DNA of 64,000 bases, taken from NCBI GenBank assembly GCA_030390025.1, contig JASTWF010000033.1, forward strand, positions 622,001 through 686,000, given 5' to 3'. How positions within the stretch are numbered: position 1 is the first letter of the stretch; the number at the start of each line of letters is the position of its first letter. Both the position numbers and the translations under genes were made by a program. This DNA comes from Squalus acanthias (lineage: Eukaryota). Positions 46,418 to 58,267 of the stretch are shown here, one piece after another. The notes below the pieces were generated by a model. It saw nothing but the letters and a program-made list of their open reading frames with translations. It did not search any database and was not told where the DNA came from.

Positions 46418-48515
46418 GGCTGACAAACGGCCTTCATCAATGGGGTAAATCCACCTGCAGCTAGATAACAATTTCAGTCATGCGGTGCTCCGTGTTGGGT
46501 GACTGTTGTTAACCAACTTCATAAGTGATTTGAATGAGATGATGCAATGTTAACAAGGCTCCCTATCAACTTATTTGTGCGTTAGTGTTACCAATTGTAA
46601 TAATTTTCCCTTTAGTTGTTCTCAACATACGGGTGGTTCTGGATAAGTAGCTTTTATTGCCCCGCCTCCCCCCAAGATGCCTTGAGGCGATGTCGGACAT
46701 TCTCTTTGAATCACTGAAGGCCTTTTGATGCTGGTGCTCCCAGGGTGATGTCAGGAGAGGAATTTCACGATATTGACCCAATCCGGTGAATAAATGGCGG
46801 TGTATGTCCCTGTGAGGGTGAAGTGTAAATTGGGGATGTTGGTGTTCCCATTACTCTGCTACTCTTGCTTTTATTTGCGGTCGAGTTCACGGAGGAGGAA
46901 AGTGTTGTCGAAGAAACCTCGGAGAGTTGCTGCAGTACATCCTGTGGACCGTACATTCAGCAGCTGCATTGTGTCGGGAGTGCAGCGTTTAGTAGTGGGT
47001 CAAATTAAGGCCGATTTAGGGAATGGGTCCCAGTGTCGCAGATATCCTTCAATGTGTATCAGTGTAGGCTGGAGAATTTTTAAATGAAAAACTCCAGGAA
47101 TGTGTAGACAATGTAGCGGGACCGGTTAATGGCTGACAGGCAGGCAGGAAACGTGGTATCATAAACAATAAATAATTGACGATTCACAAGCAGTGTTACA
47201 AGGACATTGGGGAGGTAAATTTAGATTTAGGTTGTATTGCTGCAATAGTACAATATAAATTAAAAACACTCTAACGAGGCTTTGGCATGGTTCCGCTTGG
47301 GATATTGCAGATCATTTTGGCAGGCATAGACAGTGAGGGTGCAGGAGGAGAGCGATCAAAGCGATATCCATTCTAAGGGCACTTTATTATTGGGATGGGC
47401 TTCATAATTTGAGCTGATTTTCAGAAGAGAAATGTTAGATCGGTGAAGATATCATTGAAGGCTTTAAGTCGTTGAGGAGATTACATTCTGCTCAGTTGTA
47501 TGAGTTACTCGACCCCTGGGAGAACTAGGGGCAATGAGTATAAACCACGGCGACAAAGTGTTAGGTTAGACATTCGGGCCCAGAGTCCTTAAACTCTGGA
47601 GCAGATTACTGAGCCATGCAGTGAATGTAAATTCACCACAGTCCAATCGGAGCAACATGAGTTACCGAGTTAGCGGTACAGTTCTGTTATTGGTAAGTCA
47701 CGGGCTAGCTGGAGGGCTCATGGTTATTGTACTCTCCTGTCGCTTTGCTCGATTACCTTAGAGGGTCGAAAACAATAGCCCCGAGTTTGTCCTCAATTTA
47801 CAGATGTTCTTTTCTCTGTGTTTACCTCTCGCAAAAGACCGTATGACTGGGAGGCGGATGGTGGGGGGTTCGGGCGGCTGGTGGGAGCTTGATATTCTTA
47901 ATGGGCTACAACATGCCAGCTTGGGAAGGGTTTACAGATGAAAGGATATTTATCAGGCCCTTTCCTGTCTTCGTTTGTGTATTCTAATATCTAACATCAG
48001 CCCCTTTATTGAAAAGTCTGGTAGAAATCAGAAGGAGCAGATGAATGTTGAAAAGAGCAGTAGAGCAGAATAATAATGGTCAATCATCGTCAGGTTTGAT
48101 TTTCAAAACCTGTGTTTTCTATCGCGAAACGAATAGTCATGTGGGCAAGGAACTTCTGGATTCTGGGGTCCTTAAGGGCAATTTTATCTGTTAGTGATCG
48201 AGTACGACGGGCGATAGCGGAACGACCATCCGATAAAAATCGCCCGATTTATTTTCCCGTTGCAGTTATCCGATATCGATCCGATATCGCCAGTTTCACA
48301 CTATTGGACACACTTAAAATAAACCCCATTGTGTTAGTGTCGGAAACAGCGCCCCGAATTCTCAGTTAAATACAACCTGGAGGTAGAGAGGTCGCAGAAT
48401 GATCAGTTATTCATCGATGTGGATTAGAGAATGCACAGTGTGTCCATCCGAATGAGATGCCTCTAATTTATCAGTTGGTAGTTCCTATGTCTGTTTGTGT
48501 CTTTTGGACTGGCAG

Positions 48516-48661
48516 CCAACACGTTGCGTCAATCAGATCCAAGAGGTGTGCACGACAATAGAAAAGACGGTAAACTGGAGAGTTCAGAAGACGCTGGACC
48601 AGCTGGAGAAGGACTGCGAGCTGATCATCCGCACCACCAGGTGCTAGCTCGAGGAGAGCAG
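48516..48661 (+). pseudogene. GTPase exon G (in-frame TAG at 48645-48647)
   Basis: GGCAG|PTRCVNQIQEVCTTIEKTVNWRVQKTLDQLEKDCELIIRTTRC*LEES|GTGAGG. Confidence 0.9.
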
Positions 48662-48763
48662 GTGAGGCTGTAGTGGGAGTTGTGTTCAGGACAGGTGCAG
48701 TAAGACTGGGCAAACAAGATGGGAATTAATAACATTGACAGAAATGGTAACAGAAAAAGTATT

Positions 48764-49515
48764 GGCCCTGAAATTCGCCTCTCCGGCTTGACGCGGGGGT
48801 AAGGATCGCGCGCGCACTTACCTACCGCGCCTGCCTATGACCTCTGGGCCCACGGGAACTTCAGCTCCTGGGCCTGCTCCAAGTGCCAGCACGCAGTGCG
48901 TGCGTGTCCCAGGGACGTAGTCCCCTGGGATCACGTGGGCCATGGAGAGCCAATGGCAGCAGAGCATCTTTTATTCCTAGATTTGACAGGAAGACCTGTC
49001 AATTCTATGAATTGAAATCGGCCCCAAAAGAACAGCTAAACTTAATATAAATTTAAAAAAAACATCACATTTATAAAATAACTATAAGTTAAATAAAATA
49101 ACTACTTTATACAAAAATTTAAATTTTTCAAAAAATTAAAATACTTTTTAACATTGCTAAAAATAAACTTACCTTTCTTTAAAGTATCGAAAAAAGATAA
49201 AACTGTTGAAAATGTTCTTAAATTATAATTAATTAACCACTTACCTTGTTGAAAACGGGTCCTGCGCCTCCTTTTTAATAGCTCAGGTTCTTCAAAACAT
49301 ACCCTCCCGGAGAAAACTGAAAAAAAAACCTAAGTTTGCTGCGTGCGCGCATCCTCTACTGCACACACGGTTCACCTATGAACCGCTCCCTTCACCAGAC
49401 CGGAAGTTCCGGTTTCCCGCGCATGCGCAGTGCATGCAGGAAACCGGCACTTCAGGACGCTTTACGGGTGAGTACACAGTGCGTACTCAACCGACAAGGG
49501 CCGAATTTTTGGCCC
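48764..49515. mobile_element. PIF/Harbinger-like MITE, 3-bp TSD ATT
   Basis: Ends GGCCCTGAAATT...AATTTTTGGCCC with ATT on both sides. Interior colinear with 30054-30791. Confidence 0.85.
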
Positions 49516-49559
49516 ATTATAACTGAAGAGGTCATCGGGACAAGGAGACTGGGCTCGAT

Positions 49560-49845
49560 ATTCCTTTCTCAGCTCCTCTAATTCTGGCATCTTGCACATC
49601 TCCGATTTTAATCGCTCCACGATCGACGGCCCTGACTTCAACTGCCGACGCTCTAAGGTTTGGAATTCCCTCTCTTAGCCTCTCCACCTCTTTACTTCTC
49701 TTTACTCCTTCAAGAGGCTCGTTAAAAAATACCTCTTTTCATGTGCACTATTATCTCCTTATGTGGCTCGGTGTCAAATTCTGTTTGATGCGCCTTGGGA
49801 CGTTTTACTACATTAAAAGCACATTATAAATATAAGCTGTTGTTA
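49560..49845 (+). mobile_element. L2-type LINE 3' end
   Basis: Similar to 52830-53140; tail ..ATAAATATAAGCTGTTG. Confidence 0.7.
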
Positions 49846-49984
49846 TTATATCATGAATATTTAGATAGGAAAATTGGACTTATTTTCTTCAGCAGCTATT
49901 ATACTTCAAGATGATCTTATCCAAGATTTCAAGTTAATGGGGTAGTTGAAAAAGATTATTGTGAACTGTTCATAATAGTTGGCT

Positions 49985-52225
49985 CAGAGACGAATGTCCT
50001 GAATTTAAATAAAGGAAACTACGATGGTATGAGGCACGAATTGGCTAGGATGGATTGGGGAACGTTACTTAAAGGGCTGACGGTGGATAGGCAATGGCAA
50101 ACATTTAATTATCGCATGGATGAACTACAGAATTTGTTCATCCCTGTTTGGCATAAAAATAAAACAAAAAAGGTGACTCAACCGTGGCTAACTAGGGAAA
50201 TTAGGGATAGCATAAGATCCAAGAAGAGGACATATAAATTGGCCAGAAAATGCAGCAATCCTGAGAATTGGGAGCAGTTTATGGTTCAGCAAAGGATGAC
50301 AAAAGGATTAATTAAGAGGGGGAAAATAGAGTATGAGAGTAAGTTTGCTGGGAAAATAAAAACTGACTGTAAATGCTTCAATAGATATGTGAAGAGAAAA
50401 AGATTGGTGATGTCAAGCGTAGGTCCCTTGCAGTCAGAATCAGGGAAATTTATAATGGAGAACAAAGAAATGGCTGACCAATTAAATACATTGTTTGGTT
50501 CTGTCTTTACAAAGGAGGACACAAATAAACTCCCAGAGATGTCGGGGAACATAGTGTCTAATGAGAGGGAAGAACTGAATGAAATCAGTGTTTGTAGGGA
50601 AATGGTGTTAGGGAAATTGACGGGATTGAAGGCCGATAAATCACCAGGGCCTGATAATCTACATCCGAGGGTACTTAAGGAAGTGGCCCTAGAAATAATA
50701 GATGCATTACCGTTCATCTTCCAAAATTCTATAATCTCTGGAACAGTTCCCATGGATTGGAGGGTAGCTAATGTAACACCACTATTTAACAAAGGTGGCA
50801 GAGAAAAAACGGGGAATTATAGACCGGTAAGCCTGACATCGGTAGTGGGGAAAATGCTAGAGTCCATTGTAAAAGATTTAATAGCGGAGCACTTGGAAAA
50901 CAGTGACAAGATCGGACAAAGTCAACATGGATGTACAAAAGGTAAATCATGCTTGACTAATCTACTGAAACTTTTTGAGGATGTAACTGTTAGAATAGAT
51001 AAGGGAGAACCAGTGGATGTGGTGTATTTGGACTTTCAGAAGGCTTTCGATAAGGTCACGCATAACAGATTAGCGTGCAAAGTTAAAGCACATGGGATTG
51101 GGGGCAAGGTACTGACTTGGATAGAGAACTGGTTGGCAGACAGGAAGCAAAAAGTTGGAATAAACGGGTCTTTTTCCGAGTGGCAGGCAGTGACTAGTGA
51201 GGTACCGCAGGGATCGGTGCTAGGACCCCAGTTATTCACAATATATATCAATGATCTAGACGAGGGAACTTGATGTAATATCTCCAAGTTTGCATACGAC
51301 ACAAAGCTGGGTGGGCGTGTGTGTTGTGAGGAGGATGCAGAGAAACTCCTGTATGATTTGGACAAGTTGGTTGATTGAGCAGATGCATGGCAGATGCAGT
51401 ATAATGTGGATACATGCGAGGTTATCCACTTTGTTGGCAAAAACAGGAACGCAGATTATTATCTGAACGGCAATAGATTGGGAAACGGGGAAGTGCAAGG
51501 TGACCTGGAAGTCCTTGTGCACCAGTCGTTGAAGGTAAGCTTGCAGGTTCAGCAGGCGGTGAAGAAGGCAAATGGAATGTTGGCCTTCATAACGAGAGGA
51601 TTCGAGTATAGGAGGCAGGATGTCTTGCTGCAGTTGTACAGGGCCTTGGTGAGACCACACCTTGAGTATTGTGTGCAGTTTTGGTCGGCTTATCTGAGGA
51701 AGGATGCTGTGCCAGGGAAGGAGTGCAGCGAAGGTTCACCAGACTGATAACTGGGATGGCAGGAATGACGTCTGAAGAGAGATTGGGACGATGGGGCTTG
51801 TATTCGCTAGAGTTTAGAAGAATGAGAGGGGATCTCATTGAAACTTATAAAATTCTAAAAGGACTAGACAGACTAGATGCAGGAAGGATGTTCCGGATGG
51901 CGGGGGAATCCAGAACCAGGGGTCACAGTCTAAGGATAAGGGGTAAGCCATTTAGGACTGAGATGAGGAGGAATTTATTTACCCAGAGAGTGGTGAACCT
52001 GTGGAATTCTATACATCAGAAGGCAGTTGAGGCCAATTCATTAAATATATTCAAGATGGAGTTAGATATATTTCTTAAGGCTAAAGGGATCATGAGATAT
52101 GTGTAAAAATCAGGGACTGGGTACTGAATTTGGATGATCAGCCATGATCTCATTAAATGGTGGTGCACGCTCGAGGGGCCGAATGGCCTACTCCTTCTCC
52201 TATCTTCTATGTTTCTATGTTTCTA
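49985..52225 (+). mobile_element. 5'-truncated CR1 LINE (same subfamily as 34050-35310)
   Basis: ORF 50029-51273 (linker + RT N-half) and downstream fragments. Tail (TTCTATGT)n. Confidence 0.95.
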
Positions 52226-52514
52226 TACCAAGCAGCAAAGGTAGAATCGGGGAGTTAGGAGCAAGAATACAAATCGAATGACCCGTTTTATCCGAAGTGA
52301 ACTGAGATCCTGGAATAATTTTCCATGGAAGAGAATTGAAGCGAGCAGCACAGTGAACCTTGAGTCAGGATTGAAGGATATGTGTGTGGATGCAGAAAGA
52401 GTTCGAAGCAGAGTTGAAGTTGGAAGCTATAATAATTATGGAGAATAGAATGTTGCTGTAGTGGGAACATATCTTAGATTTAGACTGGCCTTGGAACTTA
52501 ATATCCGAGGTTTC

Positions 52515-53140
52515 GTCCTTGCCTCTGCCCATCTGCTGCTGAAACCCTCATCTTGCTATTTTTACCTCCAGAGTGGACTCGCCTATTCCAGGGCTCTCCT
52601 GGCCGCTCGCCCTTCTTTCACCCTCCATAATCTTGAGCTCATAGTAAACTCTGCGGCCCCTATCTTAACTTGCACCAAGTCCCTTGCACCCATCTCCCCT
52701 GTGAGCGCTGACCTATATTGCCCCCTTGTTCAGCAACACTTCGATTTTAAATTTATCATCCTCCTGTTGAAATCTCTCCATGGCCTCGCTAATCCTTATT
52801 CGATAAATTTCTAAAGCCCTACAGCCTTCTGTGGATTCTGCGTTCTTCCAACTCTGTCCTCTTGTGCATCCCCCACTTCCGTCGCCCCACCATTGGTAGC
52901 TGTGCCTTCAGCTGCCTAAGCCCTAAGCTCAGGAAATACTGCCCTAAACCTCTCTACTTCTCCAAATCTCTCTTCCTATAATACAATCCTTAAAACCTAC
53001 CTCTTTCATCAAGGTTTTGATCAGTCATCCTAATGTATCCTTCTTCGGCTCCGTGTCAATTTTATTCGATTACGTTCCTGTGAAGCGCCTCGGGACGTTG
53101 TACTACGTTAAAGGCGCTATATAAATGCAAGTTGTTGCTG
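52515..53140 (+). mobile_element. L2-type LINE 3' end
   Basis: Decayed L2 ORF2 C-terminus (..LHNLELIVNSAAPILTCTKS..PISPV.ADL..FKFIILLLKSLHGLA) and tail GGCGCTATATAAATGCAAGTTGTTG. Confidence 0.85.
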
Positions 53141-53637
53141 CTTTCATGAGAGAAAGGAGCAGCAAAAGGTTCTGGAGTGGCAGTGTTAGTGAATGATTCT
53201 ATTACAGCGCTAGGAAACAATGGCATCACAGACGTTGCAATGAGAAAGAATTCACTTGGACAGGGTTAAGGATAAGGAATGGCCAAAGTACAATTCTCGA
53301 TGGACATAACAGAACGTTAAGTGTATGTGATAGAAGGGGAGAACTGCAGCCAGTTCAAAGGATAATGTAAGAACAAGAGCTTAACCATATTGGGAGGTTG
53401 TATATATCCCAAGTTTAACAGGAATAAACTGAATATGCGTGGCCAAAGTGGAGAACACATATTAGAATGGATCCGGGACTGCTTGTCAGATCAGTATGTT
53501 TCAATTCAACAAGGAAAGAAACATCGCTTGCTTAAGTTCTGGAGATTTATGTCGGGTAAACAACTGTATTGAGAGTAGGAGAGAAACTTGGAAATAGTGA
53601 CCACCATATTTATTGGGAGAAAGGGGCGCCTCAGAAT

Positions 53638-53900
53638 GTTGGCCATTTTAACTCTGGGCAATAATGTAAAACGGATGATATCGGTTGGACCGCTCGTGAT
53701 AAATCTCACGAAATTTTCCTTTCAATTAAAGTCATTCGGGAGAGATGTCAAACCGGCTGCCGATTCATTATCACACGTTTTACACCATGGCACACAGCCA
53801 GAATTACTCCCAGGGCAAAGAAAATCGAACGGGCCTATAATGGGCGGATAAATGGACATCACCCATTGAACACTATCGCCCAGAGTTAAAATTACCCACA
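53638..53900. mobile_element. Short palindromic MITE; relatives at ~31255-31418 and ~54138-54302
   Basis: Inverted ends ATTTTAACTCTGGGC...GCCCAGAGTTAAAAT. Confidence 0.65.
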
Positions 53901-54495
53901 ATGGGAAACTTCAAATGAAGGCGTCTGATGAAGTTTAGTGCTAATAATGTTAAATATAATCACGTGGAATGTAAAAAGCTTAATGGCGTTTTCAAACTTG
54001 AGAATGGATGGTTTAAAATGGGGTATTAAGGTGACAAGAGGTAGCATATCAGCAAATAGTAAGGGCTTTTATAAATACACAAAATTAATCAATTAATTAG
54101 AGAAGGTAGGACCGATCAGGAATACAGTATGCGGTGGTGGGTAATTATAACATTGTGTGATGGTGTAAAATGGACGATATAGAATTATCCGCCCAATATA
54201 CACCATGAAGTCAACCGAAGGGAAAATTGGGCACGGCATAAAATGGCGCCCAATTCAATAACGTCCATTTTGCACCCGCGCCCAAAGTTAAAATTACCTC
54301 CATGGAGTCTAATTGAGATGAATGTATGGTAATGATAGCTGATCTCATATATTAAGAAATGATCCAGCTTCGGATCACTGTTGTTGACTCCTGGTTTCCT
54401 GCGGTGCTGAGTTTCCATTATTGCACTGATTTGGTGGATTTGTGGAAGCTGTTTTCCACCAGTTACTGAAGATACTGATTCTGATTCAATTTCAG

Positions 54496-54667
54496 TGAAC
54501 AGGCATCTCAGAACAGGAAAGCCTGTATCAAGCGGATGTTCTTCAGCTCCTTGACATACCTGGCACCACTCTCACTGCTGACAAGTTTCATCATTTCCAA
54601 CACATCAAGAGAAAGCCTTGCCGATATAATGGGAGAGCACTTGGCCCACATTTCGTTGATCTGGGCG
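54496..54667 (+). pseudogene. GTPase exon H (first hydrophobic segment)
   Basis: TTTCAG|..EQASQNRKACIKRMFFSSLTYLAPLSLLTSFIISNTSRESLADIMGEHLAHISLIWA|GTATGA. Phases fit the neighbouring exons. Confidence 0.75.
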
Positions 54668-54809
54668 GTATGACTCTCTTTTAATATCCTGAGTCTAACC
54701 AATGAATATCTGCCAGTGTTAGGCGTCTATTTGTTTGATTGGACTGCGTAGATGGATCACTATTCCATATCCCGATCTGTACCTGCCCCTTGTGTCTTTG
54801 AGGAGAAAA

Positions 54810-55950
54810 TACAGACGACCTTTACTGTGTATCGAACCCGTATTCTCCCAAACATAGGAGAGGTTTATGGAAGATGAATAAAGAACTTTACTCAATATCT
54901 AACCCGTGCTATACATTCCCTGGGAGGTTTTGATGGGTCATTGTAGCGAAAGCTTCAAACTGTATCTAACCTGTGCTTTACCTGCCCTGGGAGTGTTTAA
55001 TGGGACAGTAAATATGGAGCTTTACTCTGTATCTAACCTGTGCTATACCTGCCCTGGGAGGTTTTAATGGGACATTGTAGCGATAGCTTCAAACTGTATC
55101 TAACCTGTGTTGTATCTGCCCTGGGAGTGTTTAATGGGAAAGTGTAGATGGAGCCTTACTCTGTATCTGACGCATGTTTTATCTGAAGCATACTGTACTT
55201 TACCTCTTGTCAGTTAATGTGAGTGTTTGATTGGGCATTGTACAGGACGTTTTATTCTGTATGTGACGCATGCTGCACCTTCCCTGGGAGTGTTGGATGG
55301 GATAGTGTAGCGGGTGCTTTACTCCGTATATAACCATTGCTGTACCTACTCTCGGCGTGTTTTATGGAACAGTATTGATGGAGCTTTACTCTGTATCTGA
55401 CGCTTGCTTTATCTAACCATGACTGTTTATAACCTGACGGTAGTTGATGTGTGCTTTTGATGGGATATTGTAGAGGGAGTTCTGCTCTGCATCTGACCAG
55501 TGCCGTACCTGTCCTGGAATTATTAAATGGGTCTTGTAGAGAGAGCTTTACTTTGTATCCAACCCGTGCTGTACCTGTCCGATGTGAGTTTGATGGGATA
55601 GTGTAGAGGGAGCTTTACTTTGTATCTAACCCGTGCTGTACATGTCCTATGTGTGTTTGATGGGATAGTGTAGAGGGAGCTTTACTTTGTATCTATCCCG
55701 TGCTGTACCTGCCCTATGTGTATTTGATGGGATAGTGTAGAGGGAGCTTTACTTTGTATCTGACCAGTGCCGTACCTGCCCTGGAAATATTAAATGAGAT
55801 ATTGTAGAGGGAGCTTTACTTTGTATCTATCCCGTGCTGTACCTGCCCTATGTGTGTTTGATGGGACAGTGTAGAGGGAGGTTTACTGTGTGTAAAACTC
55901 CTACTGTACCTCACCTGATGGTAGTTGATGGTAGTTGTAGCTGGAGTCTT
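54810..55950. repeat. 67-bp minisatellite
   Basis: Unit ~TCTAACCCGTGCTGTACCTGCCCTGGGAGTGTTTGATGGGACAGTGTAGAGGGAGCTTTACTCTGTA. Period 67 (e.g. 55561 and 55628). Confidence 0.92.
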
Positions 55951-56169
55951 TCAGATTTCAGTCTTGCTTTGCACATAAGATGCTAGCATTTTCTCTGGGC
56001 ACAGAATGAGGTGGTGGTTGAGAAGAACTTAATATATTTCAGAGAAATAATGAGGCTGTTCCACTTCTCTGGTCACTTTCATTCTTGCAATTTAAGACTG
56101 GAAATCAGATTTGCTTTGATGTCAACTTCACATGCTCATTTTTAGCTATGTTGATCTCAGATGCTATTA

Positions 56170-56901
56170 TTATAGATTATAAAAACAGGGAGGTATTGCT
56201 GCAGTTATATAAGGTATTGGTGAGGCCGCATCTGGAATACTGCATACAGTTTTGGTGTCCATACTTAAGAAAAGACATACTTGCTCTCGAGGCAGTACAA
56301 AGAAGGTTCACTCGGTTAATCCCCGGGATGAGGGGGTGGACATACAAGGAGAGGTTGAGTAGATTGGGACTCTACTCATTGGAGTTCAGAAGAATGAGAG
56401 GCGATCTTATTGAAACATATGAGATTGTGAAGGGGCTTGATCGGGTGGATGCGGTAAGGATGTTCCCAAGGATGGGTGAAATTAGAACTAGGGGGCATAA
56501 TCTTAGAATAAGGGGCTGCTCTTTCAAAACTGAGATGAGGAGAAACTTCTTCACTCAGAGGGTAGTAGGTCTGTGGAATTTGCTGCCCCAGGAAGCTGTG
56601 GAAGCTACATCATTAAATAAATTTAAAACAGAAATAGACAGTTTCCTAGAAGTAAAGGGAATTAGGGGTTACGGGGAGCGGGCAGGAAATTGGACATGAG
56701 GCTGAGTTCGGATCGGTCAAGGCCCTGTGGGTGGCGTAGCGGGCCCAGGGGCTGAGTGGCCGGGTCCTGCTCCTACTTCTTGTGTTCTTTAGATTTGAGG
56801 TGAGGATCAGATCAGCCATGATCTTATTGAATGGCGGAGCAGGCTCGAAGGGCCGATTGGCCTACTCCTGCTCCTATTTCTTATGTTCTTATGTTCTTAT
56901 G
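56170..56901 (+). mobile_element. 5'-truncated CR1 (subfamily A variant)
   Basis: Near-identical to 21790-22517; (TTCTTATG)n tail. Confidence 0.95.
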
Positions 56902-57126
56902 CCTTTCACTTTCCCCTAGATTTCTCAAGAACTAAAAGTTATTGGATTGTAACAGGGGCCAGCGCTTTATTTTAGCAAGAGAAGCTCAATCTGACCTGCA
57001 ATGGACCTTCATAACTTCTTACCATAAACCTTAATGTACAAAGATTGCAATGTGAGATTTTTACTCCCCCTTTATTACAGACCTGCTCAATGTGACACTG
57101 TGTTCCTCTTCTCTTCTGGCTCGTGG

Positions 57127-57236
57127 TGTGTATCGACAACCTGGAACTGGTTAACCGTTGACAGTTACCTTCTGGCGCTGATTATGCTGATGGGATTCAT
57201 GTTCGTTTCGATGTTCCTTTCAAAGTGCTATTCCAG
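57127..57236 (+). pseudogene. GTPase exon I (second hydrophobic segment; acceptor apparently mutated, 5' boundary uncertain)
   Basis: CVSTTWNWLTVDSYLLALIMLMGFMFVSMFLSKCYS|GTAAAT after a pyrimidine tract ending TGG instead of TAG. Confidence 0.65.
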
Positions 57237-57849
57237 GTAAATGTTACTCTGACAGCGGAAGATGCAGTGGAACAGAAACAAAGGGAAAGTGACGTAAAGG
57301 GATAAGGCTAGGGAGACTGAAAGCGTCAGATATAGGTAGAGAAGCAGTAACAGATCAAGAAAGCTAGGTAATGTCAGAAAGAGATACAGACATCTACAAA
57401 CACACAGCGAGACGTAAGGGAACAAACAGAGACACGGAGAGACAGAAACAGAGAGAGGGGGCTTATAAGATATTCAGGCGAAACATATAGACAGAGATAT
57501 AACGAAGCAGAGAGAGAGAGAGAGAGGTGAAAGACAGAGACAGAAAAAAAGAGTGAGGAGACCAAGAGAGCGACAGGGAAAAAGAAAGAGACAGAAAGAG
57601 AGATTGAACCAAAGATAGAGGGAAGAGAGAGAGGCAGCGAGAGACTTCGAGATACAGCGAAAGAGAGAGAGAGAGATTGAAGGAGACTATCATCAATAGA
57701 GGGGTAGGCATTTAACCAGGGAGGAAGATTTCTGCAGGTGCAGTTTGCCAGATGTACAATAATGTTAGATTGTGACTGAGGAGACGAGAAAACTGCTCAT
57801 CAATACATGGTATCCTGGCCTGTACTGAATTTCTGCCTCCATTTTTCAG

Positions 57850-58216
57850 CACCAAAACGACCCTATCGAGGAAGGAGAAAAAGAAACTAGAGGCAAACCG
57901 TGACTATGTCCAATGTGTTGTGGTTGAGAAAAAGTTGAAATTTCCCTGTCTTCCTGTCCTCTCTCTGATCATAACACTCTACCTATATTCTTCTCTATAT
58001 TTACATTTGCATTACATTTGCCTTTTACAGGCCTGTATTTACCTTCTGTATTTGCATATCTGTCTCTCGACAATTATTTTCACCAGACATTCCTGCTTTG
58101 ATGCAATTCATTCTTGAATTTCCTTTATTGACACGGGAATACTCCTTTCTTTGTTGCAGGCACAGCTCTATGAGATGTACCTCCATCAGTGTGTCTCTGA
58201 ACAGGAACTGAGCTAA
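57850..58216 (+). pseudogene. GTPase last two exons (57850-57934, 58160-58216)
   Basis: TTTCAG|TKTTLSRKEKKKLEANRDYVQCVVVEKK|TTGAAA (no in-phase GT), and TTGCAG|AQLYEMYLHQCVSEQELS*. Confidence 0.8.
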
Positions 58217-58267
58217 AACTGACCAGCAGTAGGACTTTGGAAAGTGAGACAATAACATGATGCGATT

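Larger units (their letters stand above)
31499..58216 (+). pseudogene. Unprocessed pseudogene of an uncharacterised EHD/dynamin-like P-loop GTPase with two C-terminal hydrophobic segments (11 exons found, first exon missing)
   Basis: Phase-consistent exons: 31499-31610, 37495-37588, 38065-38119, 40742-40881, 43204-43364, 45777-45875, 48516-48661, 54496-54667, ~57127-57236, 57850-57934, 58160-58216. Motifs xNSSAGKS, DT(P)G, SKVD. From memory it resembles the zebrafish si:dkey-98f17.5 family (unverified). Confidence 0.9.

Noticed and set aside
57081..57126. Upstream acceptor (TTACAG at 57080) for GTPase exon I
   Set aside because: In the required phase 0 it gives TGA at the fifth codon and is out of frame with the hydrophobic segment.
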